Part shown: positions 46,940 through 59,954 of the stretch, piece after piece | How positions within the stretch are numbered: position 1 is the first letter of the stretch | How the letters are laid out: each line of letters starts with the position of its first letter | NCBI GenBank assembly: GCA_964035545.1 | Contig: OZ037767.1 | Span: forward strand, 18,986,428-19,050,427 | DNA length: 64,000 bases | Direction of reading: 5' to 3' | Source: Bugula neritina | Lineage: Eukaryota > Animalia > Bryozoa | The notes under the pieces: generated by a model | What the model saw: only the letters and a program-made list of their open reading frames with translations | What the model was told of the DNA's origin: nothing | The model's database searches: none | Made by a program: the position numbers and the translations under genes

Positions 46940-48013
46940 GCTAATGAAACCTGCTTATGGGTGTTTTTTGTCATTCTAGTAATGGTCATCAAAAGATAAC
47001 TTTAGGGATTTTTTCAAAAAGTGTTTTAAACAAATTTTAAGCACAGCTACTGTAAATATTTCATGTACAAGTACAAGTACAAGGGATATTTTAGTTTTCT
47101 GCATAGGTAAAACTTTATAGCACTTGATATAAATTTTACTTCTACAGCGACAAGGTAAACAAATATCACCTTTCTGGATTACTTTTTCCTGCATTGTTAA
47201 ATAGTTGTTATTATTCTAGAAAAATTTTGTTCTGTAGTTAATTGCAGGTTCTAAAATTGCCTTTTAATGATGTGTGTGACTAGCAAAATACACATGGTTC
47301 ATTATCAAACAGGTAATAAATGTTAATAGCTATTTGAGAGATGAAACATTTCACATTCATGCCTTTGAAGCAGTACTTCCTCTAACTATGTGCTGGAAAT
47401 GAGCCATCAGCTAATAAAAACAAGTCAAACTTCAGTTTATATTAAAATAAAGTCAAACCAGTTAATAAAATGCAATAATATTGGGTGGAAAGGCAACTTT
47501 CTAAAACGGGGGAGATAACTCCGGTTTTGACATTTTTGATTTTCAGAGCTGTAAAAAAAGTTCTGTTTGTCAGAATATACTAGAAAATAGTGAGGTTTAT
47601 AAGGACACTAAAGAGTGTCTGCATGCTAAAGATTATCATTCTAGATGCTACAACAAAAAATTGGAGGTTTAGAAAATATCAGGTACATCCAAAAAAGCAA
47701 TACATTATGCCATAGGCTCCGCCCACTTATTAATTTTTAGTCACAATTTTTTTAAGAAATACTTACATAGGTGGTACAACATATCTAGAAATTTTTTTTA
47801 AATATTAAACTCGAATTACTCAAGTAATTGCATATTTAAAATTTCATGGTGCCCCTTGAAAATTCGCCAACCCCTGATTATCCACCGCTTTCAAGCGAGA
47901 ATCCCCCAGATACAAAAAAGTTATTTGCAGATTTGAAATCAGTAGAATGTTGGATTTGCAGTGATATATAGCAATGTGCTCCACCCGCCTATTTTTGCAT
48001 GTTGGCACCACCA
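46940..48013 (-). repeat. Right arm of the 1.1-kb inverted repeat
   Basis: Inverted copy of 42926-44018; ORF 46976..47194 mirrors ORF 43743..43955. Confidence 0.9.
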
Positions 48014-48618
48014 CTGTTACCACCTAGATGAACACTCATTTGTTTAAATTCACGTCTGCATGAACTACTGGTGTCAAAATATATGTACTTTTAATTAGGC
48101 CAGCTACTGTGCATACAGACCGCACTGATAAGACAGAGTATGAACCTTGAGAGACTTAAAAAGTCATATATATACTAATTTGCCACATTCAAAATGACTT
48201 CAACTGGTATATGAAAACACCTAGTAATGAATTTATCACTTGTACTGAAAATTCAATGATTTATGAAAAAATGAGTGACTATAGTTGACTAATTGGTTAG
48301 GACTAGTGTTTTTTTAAATATGGGACAACAATTTTAGACTGAAACATTACATTTATGCACAGTTTATAATTAATAAGTATTTTGCTGACAGACATGTATA
48401 TAAGTGTACATAAAAACTTACATATGATGAAAATAAAGGTTGCAAACAAAGATTTTAAAGCAAAACATTTTGACAATTATAAACATTCCCCACTGTTTCC
48501 TTTTTTCACATTGACTTTTAGGTGTATATTATACACTGCATCTCTTGACTTTGTATTCTGCTAATGAATGCTTTATATAAAGATTGTTCGATGGTAAAGG
48601 TTTGCATATAATATATAT

Positions 48619-48817
48619 CCTAATCTGTGGACAGCAGCTGTTTTGGGATTTGTCCCCTCATCAGCACAGGACAGACTACCATGCATGGCCCACACCTTTG
48701 CAATAGTAACAACTTATGTTTTTACCACAGCATATTTAAAAGGTGTATAAACTCAAGCCAGAGAGCTCAAGTGACTCTAGAGGTCACTTAGGAGTCACAA
48801 GCCTTGCAAAGTGCTAG

Positions 48818-48818
<1 letters not shown>
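48619..48818 (-). mobile_element. Hammerhead-bearing short repeat, copy A (core GAAA changed to AAAA)
   Basis: Minus strand ends ctgtg-ctgatga-ggggacaaatccc-aaaa-cagctgctg-tc-cacag (48669-48625); TA runs on both sides. Confidence 0.75.
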
Positions 48819-48860
<42 letters not shown>

Positions 48861-48868
48861 TATATATG

Positions 48869-48935
<67 letters not shown>

Positions 48936-48938
<3 letters not shown>

Positions 48939-49061
48939 CAATCTGTGGACAGCGGCTGTTTCGGGGTTTGTCCCCTCATCAGCACAGAACAGAGTACCAT
49001 GGCCCACACCTTCGCAATAGTAGAAACTTATGTTTCTACTAAAGCATATTTAAAAGGTGTG
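48936..49061 (-). mobile_element. Hammerhead-bearing short repeat, copy B (5'-truncated)
   Basis: Direct repeat of 48619-48748, flanked by (TA)n on both sides. Confidence 0.75.
48943..48987 (-). ncRNA. Type I hammerhead ribozyme with intact core
   Basis: CUGUG (stem I) CUGAUGA GGGG-ACAAA-CCCC (stem II) GAAA CAG-CCG-CUG (stem III) UC CACAG (stem I'); GUC cleavage triplet. Confidence 0.9.
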
Positions 49062-49114
49062 TATATATATATACATATATATATATATTATATATATATA
49101 TATATATTATATAG

Positions 49115-49287
49115 GTGACTCCTAGGTGACCCCTAGAGTCACTTGAGCACTCTGGCTTGGGTTTACACACCTTTTAAATATGCTTTAGTAAAACTATAAG
49201 TTTCTACTATTGCGAAGGTATAGGCCATCGTACTCTGTTCTGTGCTGATGAGGGAACAAATCCCAAAACAGCTGCTGTCCACAGATG

Positions 49288-49290
<3 letters not shown>
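49115..49290 (+). mobile_element. Hammerhead-bearing short repeat, copy C (inverted; core GAAA changed to AAAA)
   Basis: Reverse complement of copies A/B; ctgtgctgatgagggaacaaatcccaaaacagctgctgtccacag at 49240-49284. Confidence 0.75.
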
Positions 49291-49364
<74 letters not shown>

Positions 49365-49474
49365 TCTATAATTAAAAATGAATCAAAAGAACTCAGTATT
49401 TCGAAAAATAGAGTATTTATATTTGGTACTAATACAATTTTGGATATAAAAATAAATTTAGATCTTCATTTATT

Positions 49475-49519
49475 GACTACAATATTGTTTCGCGTAGTGC
49501 GAGCTACGATCATCAAGTC
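49475..49519 (-). ncRNA. Minimal hammerhead in the downstream pseudo-LTR (CUGA changed to UUGA)
   Basis: GAC UUGAUGA U CGUAG-CUCGCA-CUACG C GAAA CAAUAUUG UA GUC; palindromic stem III, GUA triplet. Confidence 0.75.
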
Positions 49520-51743
49520 GTTGTGTGTACACTTGAGTGATTTTGTTTTGAAATTAGTATTGTTAGTGTATTACTACGCTGGAATGTTTTAACTAGCGTC
49601 TGTTAAGTGCGCAAGTAAAAATTTGCGTTTATGTCTACATGTGGTGGAAAGCTCTTTTCGTTTGTTGAGGGAAGATAATTCCGGTTGTTTTAAAATCATA
49701 TACTTCTCATAGTTGCATAAGTTACATCTGTTGGTTAGGTTTGAGTATGATTTGCAAATTTTTAAAATATTCCATTTTAAGCTGAATTTTGTGTTGTTGT
49801 CTTTTAAATTTCAGATGTGTCTGCTGAGTTGCGTGCTGTTTGCTTTATCTGCATGTAGGAAAGAGGCTTTGTGGTTATTGAATCTGGTTTTGAAGGTAGT
49901 CGAACAGAGTCCTATGTATGAATGGCTGGAATTATTGTCATGTCTTGTTACAGTTGCTTGGTATATTACGTCTTTGTATAAGCATTTACCATTTAATGGA
50001 CAGTGGAAAGGTTGTTTGCAGTTACATTGTGTGTTATTTAGTTTAGTAGCGGTAGTAGGGTGTGTGTGGTTTTAAGTTTGTGATGGTTCGGGCCATCAAT
50101 AATATTTTTCATGTTTGGCATGCATGAATAGCTAATTTTTATGGTTTTCCAATTGAAAATTTTACTTAGTTGGTTGGATGGTGGAAAGCATTTGTCAATG
50201 ATTTGAAGAAATGTCTTCCCTATTTTGGTTTTTACTGTTGAACTGAAAGGTGGGTTGTACCACAATATGTTTTTATTTCTATTTCTATTATTGTTGTTGG
50301 ATTTGGGTGTCGGGTTATATTTTAATTTATAGTCATATCCACTGTTTGATAGTGCTTCTTGGTACGGTTGTATGGTGGTGTTAAACTCTTCTTCATTGGA
50401 GGATAGTGAGCTAAGTCTTTTATTAATATTTTCTGGTATGTTTTTCAATACTGCAGGTGGGTGGTCGGTTTGTTTATGAACATAAAGGATAGTGTTTCCA
50501 GGTTTTGTATAGGGTTTATAGGATTGGTTAGTCAAGTTAAATGTTACATCTAGGAAGTTTACAACTTTCTTATTGGCTTCTATTGTGATTGAAAGATTAA
50601 ATTTTCTAAAAAAGTTGCAAATTTGTTTTTTGTTCTGTTCTATATGTCTAGGTGTTCCTTCACAAACTAATAGTCCATCATCTCTATACAGGCCTAAATT
50701 ACATTCTATGTTCATTTCAGTAGTTAATAGATTAAGCAAGTATATTCCAATTAGTTGGCAGGTTTCGGCGCCGTCATAGCTTCCCATAGTGACATCAAAA
50801 TTACTGTCGTGTTTTTTTGTCCATGTTGTTCACCATTGGAGATAAGGATGGAATTTTTAGAGTGTAAAATTATTTCCTGGTGTTCAGTTGGTATGTTGGT
50901 AAAGTGTGACGCAAAGGAAAGGGCTTTGTAAAGGAGGTCTTCGGTTATTGATGGGTAGAAATTGCATATATCAAAAGTAATAAATGACTTACTGCTTTTG
51001 TTCTTGATGTTTTCAAACCAATTTATTACTGAGTAGGAGTTCTTCCATATGTTGACTTTGATATGCTGGAGGAGTTTTGTGTTTATATTGTCCAATAATT
51101 GTTTGCTGATTATACCGATGTTGGATTTGGTGGGGTTTATTAGTCTGCAGGATGGTTTGTTATTGAAGTTGGGTTTGTGATCTTTTAAAGTAATAAAAGC
51201 TTCTTTCTGGGCTAGTACTTCTATTCTGGTGTCTAGATTTAATGATTTGGCGATTATGATGTCCTTAGTTGTGATTGATTTAGCTAGGTCAGGTGGGGCT
51301 TTTTTGTAGTCTTTCGTAATGTTTTGTTCAATAAACTCTCTGTATTGGGAAGTAGATAGTTTGTAGAAATTGGTAGTTTTGTCAGCTTTCACTAGCAGTT
51401 TGTCATCATTTTTAATATCCTTTACATTATTTCTCATTTTGGTTTGTAGTTGATTAGTAAATGATTCAAACCTGATGTTGGTTAGTAGGTTGTATATTTC
51501 AGTTTCAAAGTGGTCTAATTCCTTAATGTGTGGTGTTGGTTTGCTGGATTTAAAGCCAAAAGTATCTTTAGTAGTAGGCTTGCAGTTTGGGTTTAAGTAG
51601 AAGAAAGCTTTCCATCTGACGCGTATTAAGAATTTCTCAGTCATGTTAATAATCCGTATTAGATAGTCTTTGTCCGTACTTTTCGGAATATTTTTTAGGG
51701 AATATCCAAAGTTTAGACTATTCATTTTCTTGAGAGAGCTCAA

Positions 51744-51810
51744 CTAAGAAGTATTTGTGTATAAATAAGGTATCACTATTTATACAAATAAAATTAGAAG
51801 CATGTAATAC
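51744..51810 (-). other. Putative 67-nt spliceosomal intron in the Penelope 5' leader
   Basis: Minus strand gtatta...tacttcttag, ending 18 nt before the ATG at 51725; retained introns are an established feature of Penelope-like elements. Confidence 0.6.
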
Positions 51811-51924
51811 AGTTTCTATAATTAAAAATGAATCAAAAGAACTCAATATTTCGAAAAATAGAGTATTTATATTTGGTACTAATACAATTTTGGATATAAA
51901 AATAAATTTAGATCTTCATTTATT

Positions 51925-51969
51925 GACTACAATATTCTTTCACGTAGTGCGAGTTACGATCATCAGGTC
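51925..51969 (-). ncRNA. Minimal hammerhead in the upstream pseudo-LTR (core intact, stems mutated)
   Basis: GAC CUGAUGA U CGUAA-CUCGCA-CUACG U GAAA GAAUAUUG UA GUC. Confidence 0.75.
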
Positions 51970-52075
51970 GTCGTGTGTACACTTGAGTGATTTTGTTTTG
52001 AAATTAGTATTGTTAGTGTATTACTACGCTGGAATGTTTTAACTAGCGTCTGTTAAGTGCGCAAGTGTTAAGTGC

Positions 52076-52217
52076 GAACAAAACATTACGAAAGACAACA
52101 AAAAAGCCCCACCTGACCTAGCTAAATCAATCACAACTAAGGACATCATAATCGCCAAATCATTAAATCTAGACACCAGAATAGAAGTACTAGCCCAGAA
52201 AGAAGCTTTTATTACTT
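52076..52217 (+). mobile_element. Inverted internal fragment of the Penelope ORF at the element 5' junction
   Basis: Near-exact reverse complement of 51188-51329, preceded by a duplicated tgttaagtgcg. Confidence 0.9.
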
Positions 52218-52227
52218 ATATGACGCA

Positions 52228-52435
<208 letters not shown>

Positions 52436-53062
52436 ACCAGCTCCTTTGCAAGCTTGAATTTATAGATAACAAAAATAGCATGAAATCTTACAAAAGTTTT
52501 CAATTCTGATAAATAGTAAAACCGAGTGCCACTTTGCTAATTCTTTGCTAATCATAATATGGTGCTGCATTGATCAGGTGGTGTATCTTTGAGTAAATAT
52601 ACCGCTGCGTGTATCTCTCTGCTATAAGTTAAAAATATCGTAATTTGAATGATAAACCTATAGAGTATAGTCCTATTCAATAACCATTTTATTCAAACTT
52701 ATACTATATTCATTTTCCCAAAACTCCACAAATCAACTAATAACTGAAAATACTCAGATGTATATAAAAAAAATTGCAATGCGAATTAGCTAGATTTGTA
52801 AGATACAAAAATTATACTGAACAAGGCATTCTCTGTTTAAAATATAAAATAAATTGTAGAATGGCTCCTGATATAAAATATTTTGCTTTTCAAAGCTAAA
52901 ATCTCCAAAAACTGGTGCATAATAATAAGCTAACGCAGTAAAACTGAAGTTACCATTATATAAATTTATCTGGTCTACTAAATAATATTTGTTTAGTACA
53001 GTTTGTAAACTAAAGCAGTACTGTATATAGAATCCACTCAAACAAAGAAATTATAATGATAG

Positions 53063-53243
<181 letters not shown>

Positions 53244-53285
53244 TAGCTAACGCTCTCTCTAAACTATAAACCTCTTTATACTCAC

Positions 53286-56034
53286 TGCCCACTTTCCCCA
53301 AGCTCCTGTTTATAGCATTGATCAGCCAGCTGAATGGCACTGTCATGCTCAGCCAGAACACTGGCATAAGAGTCAAAGTTTGAAGGAAACGTTTCTTCAA
53401 GTACTTTTAAAATGGGCGCTAAGACTTTTTGACTTGAAGAATCAATTTGTAGCAGACTGTTGTAAACTTGAAGAAACAAGTGTAGCGATTTTATCAACTC
53501 TTTTGGAGGCTCTGCTTGAGACACTAGAATTTCATTCTCTAGTCTTTGCTTACAAATCTGCATTTAAAAAATAGTAATATTTTGATAATGAAGTCCAAAA
53601 ACATAGCATTCATAAAAACTTTTCTGCTGCAAAAAGAACATTGCAGAATATTTTAATATTGTCCTACAGTGTGTTCTGTAGCTGCAACTAATAGCAATGC
53701 AAGAAATGCTGAGCTCACTAAAACTTTTATTAGGCAGTTCCAAATGAAACTTGCATTTAGAGAAGAGATAGCTAATTGACAGCTATTATACTTAAGACCC
53801 TACAATCCAATTCAATTTTACCGTTATGGGGGGGGGGGGGGGGGTTGAGCAGTTTTGATATGACATACAGTACAGTATGAAAATTCCTTGCAATAACTTT
53901 ATGACAAGGCAGGAAAGACCTTATTCAATATTGGTGTTTTAATTTGCTATTATATAGACTGCTTTAAGTTGGGTTTTCTTAATACTCTAAAACCAGCAAA
54001 TAAGACAATTCGTCATATTTAAAAAAAAATAACTTTCTTCGTTATATGTTATTTTAGCAGAACCTTAACTTAATAAAATGTGTATATGTCTTTAGCTATA
54101 TAATAACATCAGCAACTATACCCACCTCTGTGAGAAATTGGGGTTTGTTAAACAGTAGCTCGGTCTTCAGATTATTTTTATAAGATATCATTATGTCATC
54201 AACCTCTAGTGATACTGCAATTGCTTGTAGTTCAAGGTCAATCCAGTCATGACCCTTCTCACTGTCAATAAGTAAATCTAGGAAAGGTTCCTCGCAGCAT
54301 TTTATGATCGCCTTTACTGGATCTGCTGTGGCTATTTCTTTCAGTCTGACAAATTGAACGACTTCTAGTTAATGCAAGTCGAATTAGAAGCTTTCTTATA
54401 GAAGTAGGCATTACAATCTATTTTACGATTATATTAGAAAGGTTTTAATTGGTTTAGATATCAAGGTAATCAGCCATGAGTTATAAACTATATTAAGGTT
54501 AGCAGCTAATTATAGGAAATAAAGCCAATCAAAGACATGTGTACAACATAAGGTATAAAACGACACTTGTGCAAACCATAAAATTAGTATTAATTTCTAA
54601 TCTTGTTTAAAATTAAACAGAAGCAAGCTTTCGAAGGTTTAAATTTTATTTGTAACAAATAATTAAAAAATGAAAATAATTTGATACTGCAGTTAGTTAT
54701 ATCAAATAAAACTCAGCAGATAAATTTCATACTAACTCGTTAAACTCAATTGGCCTGCTTCTGTAATATTTTCTGGAAGATTCTGAACTGCCAGGCTCTT
54801 CATTGTCTTCATCAGACTCCCTATGGTGCAGGAAACAATATAGAGCATTATTGTGAAAATACCTGTTGATGTGTTTAGTCAGTGTAGCAATATTTCTATA
54901 ATTATAATAAACGATTCCACAACATTGCATACTCGCTTAGCAGCAATGTTTATATTAGAGCAAAAAGACTATCAATTAATTTTAATTGATAATAGAACAA
55001 ATTACCTTTTTTCAAATAAAAATCACACATTATATTTAATTTGTGTGTGAAAGAACAACAAAGAGAATTTGTAACATATTCCATGTCTGAAACCGCATCC
55101 AACCATTTAGTGAATTTATATTAAGTATTTCTCTCTTCATAACTAAAAAAGTGCAAAAACTGGTAAAATTATATGAGAATTATCTTTATGTAAACATGGC
55201 TCTTGAAGATTTACTTTGCATATAAGAAAGATTACTCCATATAATAGTTAAATTGAAAAGTTCAAGTTTAAAAATAAAATATTGCAAAACAGACAAATTT
55301 TGCCATAGTAAATATTATAATATAAACAAAGCAAACTACAGAAAAAAAAACATAAAAAAAACAATAATATATTAAAAATGTTATCTGGTTTCATCTTCAG
55401 TTTTATTCTATATAGCAATCTTGAAAATCAATATCAAAGCTCAAAGGCTTCTCTAAAACCTCTGGTGATATATTACGTCTTTAATATTTGCAAAGTATAT
55501 TAATCAGAAAGACTTATTGCAGCAAGAAACTTTTTAGCTGTGCAGTTCTATAACTACAGTCCTGAATGTACAATTGAGATTTATTTGTTCTTTTATTGAA
55601 AGCCAAAACAACTGTTTAACCGTCAGAAAAATTGATTATTTTCATGCATGCGTCACTGAAATTTATCTACTCTAAATAAAAACTACAGACGGGAGAATTT
55701 TATTTAAGTGATTATTAAACGCACTGCAAAGCTTTCCTGCTGGGATTTAAATGCACAAGTGGTGTATAGGAGGGTGGGGGGGGGGGCGTGTATCTTTTTA
55801 ACTCTGCCATCTTAATACTCTTCATGCAGTTACAGAATTTGTTCTGCCTTCACTTTTTAAAAGTTATTCTATGTAATAGGAGTGATAAATAATCCTGACT
55901 ATACTATAAACTCAACACCATCATTCTAATAAAAATTTTCATTTTAGCCGACTACTAAATGAATAGTTTTTATATAAACAATATTAATTAGTGTAGTGTA
56001 GTGTAACTTACCCACTATACTTTCTCTTGAACAT
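53286..56034 (-). pseudogene. ZNFX1: Partial ZNFX1 duplicate (first four coding exons only)
   Basis: Exons 56034-56012, 54820-54737, 54364-54126 (239 nt versus 238 in copy 1, a frameshift), 53557-53286; no helicase exons follow. Confidence 0.85.
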
Positions 56035-59000
56035 CTTTATTCCGGATTTTCCATTTAAGCCAACTCCTTTGCTAGGAGAATGCTTGTCTTAAAAACGCCA
56101 CCGCTGCAATCAGAATTAGCATTTGTTATAAAACCTGTGCTAAACAATATACTGTTTAAACTAACTAGTGCCCCATTATGTCTTTGTTATTGAACACAAG
56201 GTATTGATTTTACTTGCTGATTGATGCATTAATGTAACCATGCTGTTTAATCAAAGATATGGTTGAATTCACTGGCACTATCCATTGTATTTCTTTCACA
56301 ACCTTATTACATAACTATGCTATTATTCATTTATGAAGTTTTATGTATCATGCATACTTTTATAATTTGACAGTACACAATCATTGTAGTCAAACATATT
56401 TTTGAACCATGCAGTAAAAAAAGTGCAAAATATATGTTAGTTATACAGCGGATCGGTAAAATTCTACAGATTTAAATGTAATATTACCTGGTATATTATG
56501 TCAAACCAGCTTGGTTTCATCTTATTAGACAGAATTGTATATGTAGCCAAGTTGAGATGGTAGCACTGTTATATTGAATGATCTTGAAAATATGAATTTA
56601 ATTAATACGTATTTATAATTAAAACAAAATGGAACAATAAAGACCTCTTTTTTAAGTTTGTCTCATAATAAATCTGACATCAAATTCTGATATACCGGGC
56701 ATCATAATAAACTGCACTTTGCTTTGTTAAGGATCCAATAATAATCAAGCTTTGTTTTGTGTTAAAATCTTTTGTTTGTTGGGGAAGTCTCGAACTTGGA
56801 AATTTGTAAGCAGGAAATATAGCACCACATTTGTGCTCACAAAATGCCAGGGAATATAAATCAATAAAGCAATAAATGAATTGGAACACATCAACATTCC
56901 ACGAGCTAGATGTGTCTTCATTATTGTTCAGTGATTTAAACAAAACAAGCTCTATGACACATATAATTATTAATTACTAGAATTAATGTATCTTCCTAAC
57001 ATACAGTACAGCTTTATAGGTATATTTAGCCATTACATTGTTGAGTTAATGTTGCAAGTATCAAAGGAAGTTGTCCCCCTTGGGCAGACAGCTTTACTCA
57101 AGCAGAGTTTGCCTGTGGGCATTGCTAACTTTTAATGAACTTATAAACTTTTACTCAACAAAGGTTCCAATACAATACTATAGTCAAACTTACTTTATAT
57201 ACACCAAATAAGTGGTTCTACAACACATACACACACACACACGCACACACGCACACAAGTTCTAAACCAAGCATCTGCAATATAATATTATTATATAGTA
57301 GTTTCGACAATTAAATATAGTTTCAGTAGTTTAGCAATTGAATACAATTACACGTTTTGAAATAAGCAGGCAAGCATAATTTTACTTTAAAGCTATGATC
57401 ATGACTGGTCAGGTCGAATGAAGGTGGATTATTTTCCGAAAAACTAGAATATTGCTGCATCCCATACTGATAAAATTTACAATCATAGCTGGTGTTATAT
57501 AAGTTACTCTAATGGGAACGTATTCATTAAGTTAACAATTATTTATATATTTCTATTTACAGATATATAAATTTATGTATAGTATATAGACTTAAAAACC
57601 AGCACATGAAAGGTTCCAAAGTGCTGTACACTGTGTTTGTAGAACACCGACTCTGGGTACGGCACAGAGAATAAAAACTAATTGTTATGTAGAAAAAAAA
57701 CATTGTCGTTAGCTTTGTGTATTCTAGTTGCTAATAAAAAGCCTTTTTACTTGCAGCAGCGCCAGGTGGTTTGTGTTTTATTTTCTTGGCATCCTTCACA
57801 CTATAACATAATTCTACTATACAAGCAATATACAATAGTACCATGTTGTACATACATATAACTGGTAAGACAGCTATACATATGGTTCTCTAGCTGTTGA
57901 GCTTTACTCAAACTGATAACACAGAGAGTTTTAGCAGAACGATAAATTATATTTATAAAACGTCTTCTATCTTTTACAAACTGATGTGCCTTCTCATAAG
58001 CACTTTATCTTTTCCTAATGTTTTCGTTTTTGCAAAATAATAATTTTTTTTACAACAATGCTGTTTTTTATGTAATTGAGAATGTTTAGATACATAAAAT
58101 AAATTACATTTTTAATAATATATGGCAGAGTCTTGTGGTGATTGATGAAAAATATCTTTAGACAAGAATTTGGGAAATACAACTCTAAAATCAAAATAAC
58201 ATTGATTTTAAATAAAATAACCCCATCACTGATTATAGGTGACTACTAATTGTACAGTACTCTCTCCGTATCTCACTATAAGCAGCAGGTCCAAAACTTT
58301 AATTCATGACACAGTAGAATATCACATTAAATCCACAGATCAACTACATGTGGCTATTTTGTCTCTATACACATATACATAAGCCACAAAACAAGATCAA
58401 ATTAAGCCCTTTTATAGTGACCTCTGAGTTTTTGTAAGATATACAAGGAGCACTGTACTATAAAATGCTAAATAGCTATAGTGTTAAACTTCCAACAACT
58501 GATGCAGGAGTACACAACTTAGCATCGTTATAACATAATTATATTAATTTTACAGCTTAATTAATTCAAAATGTTCTAATGATATTAGCTTAGTAAATAA
58601 CATAAACAATGTTTCCCTTCTTCCTTTTGATTTAAATAGCATGACCTAATAATTTTATACTTATGATTTAATTATATAGCATAATTTTATTTATTTTAGC
58701 AGGTATTTTTTTTAAAAATATATTAAGTTATATTTCAACATATGAAATGCACAGCTCTTTAACTTGAAAGAAGGCACAATTCAGCACCAAATAACCACCC
58801 AATCTACATATTTTTAAGGCTATTATATCCAATATTTAACAAGTGTGTTTTAATATTAGCATATTGTTCGATGAAATTATTTCTTCACACAAACACTTTC
58901 AAATGCAGCTTTTAGGCCACGTAAATGTTTTATGTAAATTTTGTAAAAATAATTTGATAGCTACAAATTAGATTTCTCAAAGAAAAAATAGGATCTATAT

Positions 59001-59954
59001 AAATAATTTTGATTTTAAATTTGAACAACTTTATCATTTACAAAAAGTGCACTAGTATAAATATGGAGTGTCTTTTATTTTTTTTTATTTTAATGTAATA
59101 TTTCACCAATATACTAGGCCTATACAAATTACAGCGCATTCACTTGTAGATAGATAAGCTGTACTACAAGCTTAAACTATTTATATAATAGTGAATGGCT
59201 GAAAGCCAAAAAAGGTGTGGCTATACTTAGAATGTATGATAACTTTTCGAATCACTTCTTTTCTTTAAACAAATTATAAAAAACAGTATTTTAAGCTGAC
59301 TAAGTAGACTGGAATTAGTGCGCTTAACTGTTATATTGATTATAGTTTTGCTCCGTTATATTTGGTCAAAAGTTTAGCTCTCTTATTAGCAGTTTTTATT
59401 TATTGAACTAGGATTTTTAGTAACTTTTGCTGTGGAAATAAACTTGATTTTATTAATATTGTAAGTTTTTTTTCTTTTCTTAGTTTACACACTTTTACTG
59501 TTTATAAATCAAGACTTTCTGATAATAGACTGCAGCTGTTATTAATTATATTTATTTTTTCTGTTTGCCAAAGTTTTTTCAGTGGGTTATGCAAAAAAAG
59601 TTGATTTTGTAACCAACTTATAGTATAATATGATGTTGTGCATTTGTATTAACTTAGCTTATGCAACGCTTATAAGTAATCCCAATAAGTTTTTATGCAA
59701 TATCAATGTTATACTGTGTGGTCAAGTATATAATAATATTGACCTTGACCTACAATACAGCTTTTAACTAAATTAGAAGGCCAGTTCTTTCATATTAACC
59801 AGACCACCCATGTCAGAGATGTTATATTGATAAATTAAGGGACCAAAAGAAACTAAAGCTAAGAGACATTTGGTAGACATTAGAGGCTGAAGCTTGAGTT
59901 ACTAGATCAAAAAATAAAAAACACAATTGAAAACATAAGCTGAAACTGTGTCTA

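Larger units (their letters stand above)
49361..52066 (-). mobile_element. Penelope-like retroelement (RT plus GIY-YIG endonuclease), near full length, inactivated
   Basis: ORF 51725 to 49589: FGYSLKNIP, RWKAFF, ADKTTNFY, ITLKDHKPNF, FDICNFYPSI, MGSYDGAETC, LYRDDGL, NFLDVTF, WYNPPF, SYSCMPN, CNC...CPLNGKCL, VIYQATV...YIG, FKTRFNNH, CNLC, CRHK. Frameshifts near 50830 and 50070, TGA near 49812. 256-bp direct pseudo-LTRs at 49361-49616 and 51811-52066. Confidence 0.95.

Noticed and set aside
52790-53041. 83-aa minus-strand ORF downstream of the partial ZNFX1 copy
   Set aside because: No recognisable motif in AT-rich sequence; cannot be supported as coding.
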